Assembly: GCA_965112735.1 (NCBI GenBank)
Contig: OZ218964.1
Coordinates: forward strand, 62,001 to 126,000
Direction: 5' to 3'
DNA from: Phaeosaccion multiseriatum
Taxonomy: Eukaryota; Protista; Ochrophyta, other classes
Length of the DNA: 64,000 nucleotides
Below the pieces are notes generated by a model, which worked only from the letters and a program-made list of their open reading frames with translations, had not been told where the DNA came from and ran no database searches. Position numbers and translations under genes: made by a program. Positions 61,800 through 64,000 of this stretch are shown here, piece by piece; the stretch's first letter is position 1, and the number at the start of each line of letters is the position of its first letter.

Positions 61800-62614
61800 C
61801 GGCCTTCCCAGGAAGAGGAGGAGGAGGAGGAGGAGGAGGGGGAGCCGGAGCGGGCTGCGGGGGAAGGCGTCGCCATTTCCGGGGAGGACCGCGGAGGGGA
61901 CGCAGGGGCTGCGGCGGCTTGGGCAACAAGATGTTCCACGCACACGCCCACGCCCTCGGCCTCGACTTGTCCCCGGAGGTACAGGCCCTCGTGGAGGCCA
62001 CGGCCGCTGAGGTGATGTACGACATCAGCAGGCAGCAGCAGAGGGACAAGGAGGACAGCAGCAACGAGAAGGAGGACAAGGAGGACAAGGATAGCACATC
62101 CACACGTTCGACGACCCCAGCAACTGGCAGCAGCAGCAGCAACGGCAGCAGCACTGTCCTACCCCATACTGACGAGCCGACAAAGTCCGAGGAGGCGGCG
62201 CCCGTGTTGCAGGAGGTCCAGTCCCAGGCCGGGGCGGAGGAGACCAAGGACAGCGACAACGACAACGACGACGATGACGACTACGAGAAGGTCGACCGCA
62301 AGGACGGAGGAGGAGGCAGCAGCAAGGGAGAGACCGAGGTCGAGCAGACCTTCCTGGAGACGACCCTCGATGGGCCCGAGGGGATGCTTCGGGATGGCGC
62401 CCGAGTGGTCATGTACACCGAGAGCATGGACCAAGTGCTGGGGTCAGTGCTGCGCATCAAGGAGGACGGGACGTGCGACATCCAGCTCGACCGTAAGCAG
62501 TTGGTGGTACAGCAGGAGGGCAACGACACCGACGGCAACGGGGAGTCTTCTTCATCTTCTTCTATCGAGAGGGCACGAGGGGTACACCCCTTCATGCTCA
62601 GGGTTCTGGGTTGA
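60794..62614 (+). CDS. PB1-domain protein with acidic LIR/AIM-like motif and C-terminal SH3/Tudor-like barrel; frame broken at a G12 run
   Basis: Exon 1 (60794-61029): MLVKLELDGELRL..TFVDSDGDVVTIRTSAELAAAF, a PB1 OPCA motif. Exon 2 from 61191: DAGKKTLKLKI. A sensible continuation switches frame at G 61495-61506 into ORF 61424-62614. Confidence 0.8.
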
Positions 62615-63324
62615 AGAGGAGAGAGGAATGAGAAGCGGAAGGGTGGGGGGTGGTTGTTGATTAGGCACAAGGGGGAAGGGGGGCGAAACGAGTCGGTGTA
62701 GCATAGAAGCGAGAGGAGGGGGGGGGGGCATTTGTATCATGTGGGTAGCAAGTATGATTAGACACATGTAATTCAGCAGCAGTTGTAGCTCAGCACTCAC
62801 TGAGACACGCACATGATAAAATAAAAGGAAAATTAGCACAGGAGTAGCAATGTTGTCCTCAACATGCTTGCACAGCACAGGGTGTGTGATTTGGTGTCCA
62901 TTTGAATCAGTTCTTGTACTGGGACAGTTATGTGAAAAGGAGGACATCTCAGGGGTGTTCTCTCGAGGTCATCTGTCGGAGGCCTTGGTCGGAGGACTCC
63001 TTCCCCCCCCCCTCCCTCTCCCTCTAACCTTCCCCAGTACGCCTAATGAAGTCGCTGGAGCATGCCTTGTGTGTGCTAACTGCACACACACGAGATCGGT
63101 CCATAGGCCTGTCAGTCGATTGAATTGGTGAGTGGGCCGGAGTGGGCCGCTCAACGAATGAATCGCCTTCAAAGAGACAAGGAGGAAAGGGAAGCTCGCC
63201 CATACAGCCCATTCACATACACACACACTCAATCACAAACTCGCTCATTCACTCATTCGTTCACTCGTTGGTGTATTGAGCCCCTCCTCCCCGCCACACT
63301 GCGCCACAAGATCATCATCATACG

Positions 63325-63843
63325 CTACGGAGCTGCTGCAAGGCACTGTGCGAGGCGGCCAAAGGCCATGTCCAGGACTTCGTCAGTCGCCAGTACGAAG
63401 GGAAGCAGGGACAGGCCCTCCTCGTCCACTCGGGCTGTCGTTGCCTGTCCTCGGCGGGGGGCAGGCAGGCAGGCAGACAGGCAGACAGGCAGACAGGCAG
63501 ACAGGCAGACAGGCAGGCAGACAGATAGGGGGCGGCAGGCGGTAGGTTGGTATGGTGAGAGTGAACCCCTCAAACCCCCCCTCCCTCCCTCCCTCCCTCC
63601 CTCCCACCCACCTTGAGTGCGGGCCATGCCTCCTGCGCGTGCTTCACCATCCCATGCAGAACAACATCCCCAAGGGCCTGTTGTTGTCCGACGGTCGCCT
63701 GTGGGCTCTCCCCGGGGGCCCTTCCCCCGGGGCCCGTCCCCCCCGGAGCGGGGAGGTGCAGCTCCACGTGGCGCAGTAGGTTGTTTGCCAGCTCGGAAAC
63801 CTCTGACAAACGCCGCCGATCCAGGGGAGCGGGCCGAGTGTTC
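63325..63843 (-). CDS. 3' exons of an unidentified gene continuing beyond the window
   Basis: Phase-0 exons NTRPAPLDRRRLSEVSELANNLLRHVEL..WPALK| and ATTARVDEEGLSLLPFVLATDEVLDMAFGRLAQCLAAAP* with GT-AG flanks. Confidence 0.55.
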   Translation of the reverse strand, partial: EHSARSPGSAAFVRGFRAGKQPTAPRGAAPPRSGGDGPRGKGPRGEPTGDRRTTTGPWGCCSAWDGEARAGGMARTQGGWEGGREGGRGGLRGSLSPYQPTACRPLSVCLPVCLSACLPVCLSACLPAPRRGQATTARVDEEGLSLLPFVLATDEVLDMAFGRLAQCLAAAP

Positions 63844-64000
63844 TACAGAGGGGTGGGGGGGATGGCAGTGGATGCGGGCGGGGGGGGGGGTACGTGAGTA
63901 AGAGTTTCAGTTTCAGTAGGGGTTTGAGGCTTCTGAGGTCTCCTCCTCCCTGCCTGTCCATCCCCCCCACACCACACCACACCACACCACACCACACCAC

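Noticed and set aside
1-64000. Transposons, viral inserts, rRNA, alternative genetic code
   Set aside because: No transposase, RT, integrase or capsid motifs, terminal repeats or rRNA-like stretches were recognised. Conserved exons translate without internal stops in the standard code.

Overview
Eukaryotic nuclear DNA: GC-rich, gene-dense, full of short GT-AG introns and simple-sequence repeats. The gene content suggests a stramenopile or algal protist (inference). There is no prokaryotic operon, CRISPR array or recognisable transposon. I spliced the exons by eye and support about 12 protein-coding genes and one tRNA, in order: (1) 5'-truncated Fe-S-free amidophosphoribosyltransferase (PurF); (2) a giant ATXR3/SDG2-type histone H3K4 methyltransferase with Tudor-like, degenerate bromo, two BRK-like, zf-CW and Tudor-knot modules; (3) a long coiled-coil protein; (4) an anoctamin/TMEM16 with an inserted PH-like domain and a degenerate Ca2+ site; (5) a small membrane protein, possibly MICOS Mic12/MIC13-like; (6) a PLSCR-family scramblase with micro-exons and triplicated exons; (7) a second coiled-coil protein; (8) an intronless RVxF protein; (9) a stand-alone HPt phosphorelay protein that the ORF track splits across frames; (10) an atypical tRNA-His(GUG); (11) a Slo/BK-type K+ channel; (12) a PB1 + LIR protein with a likely homopolymer frameshift; (13) the 3' end of an unknown gene. 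Most ORFs in the supplied track are shadow or low-complexity frames. All family assignments come from motif recognition from memory; no database search was run.
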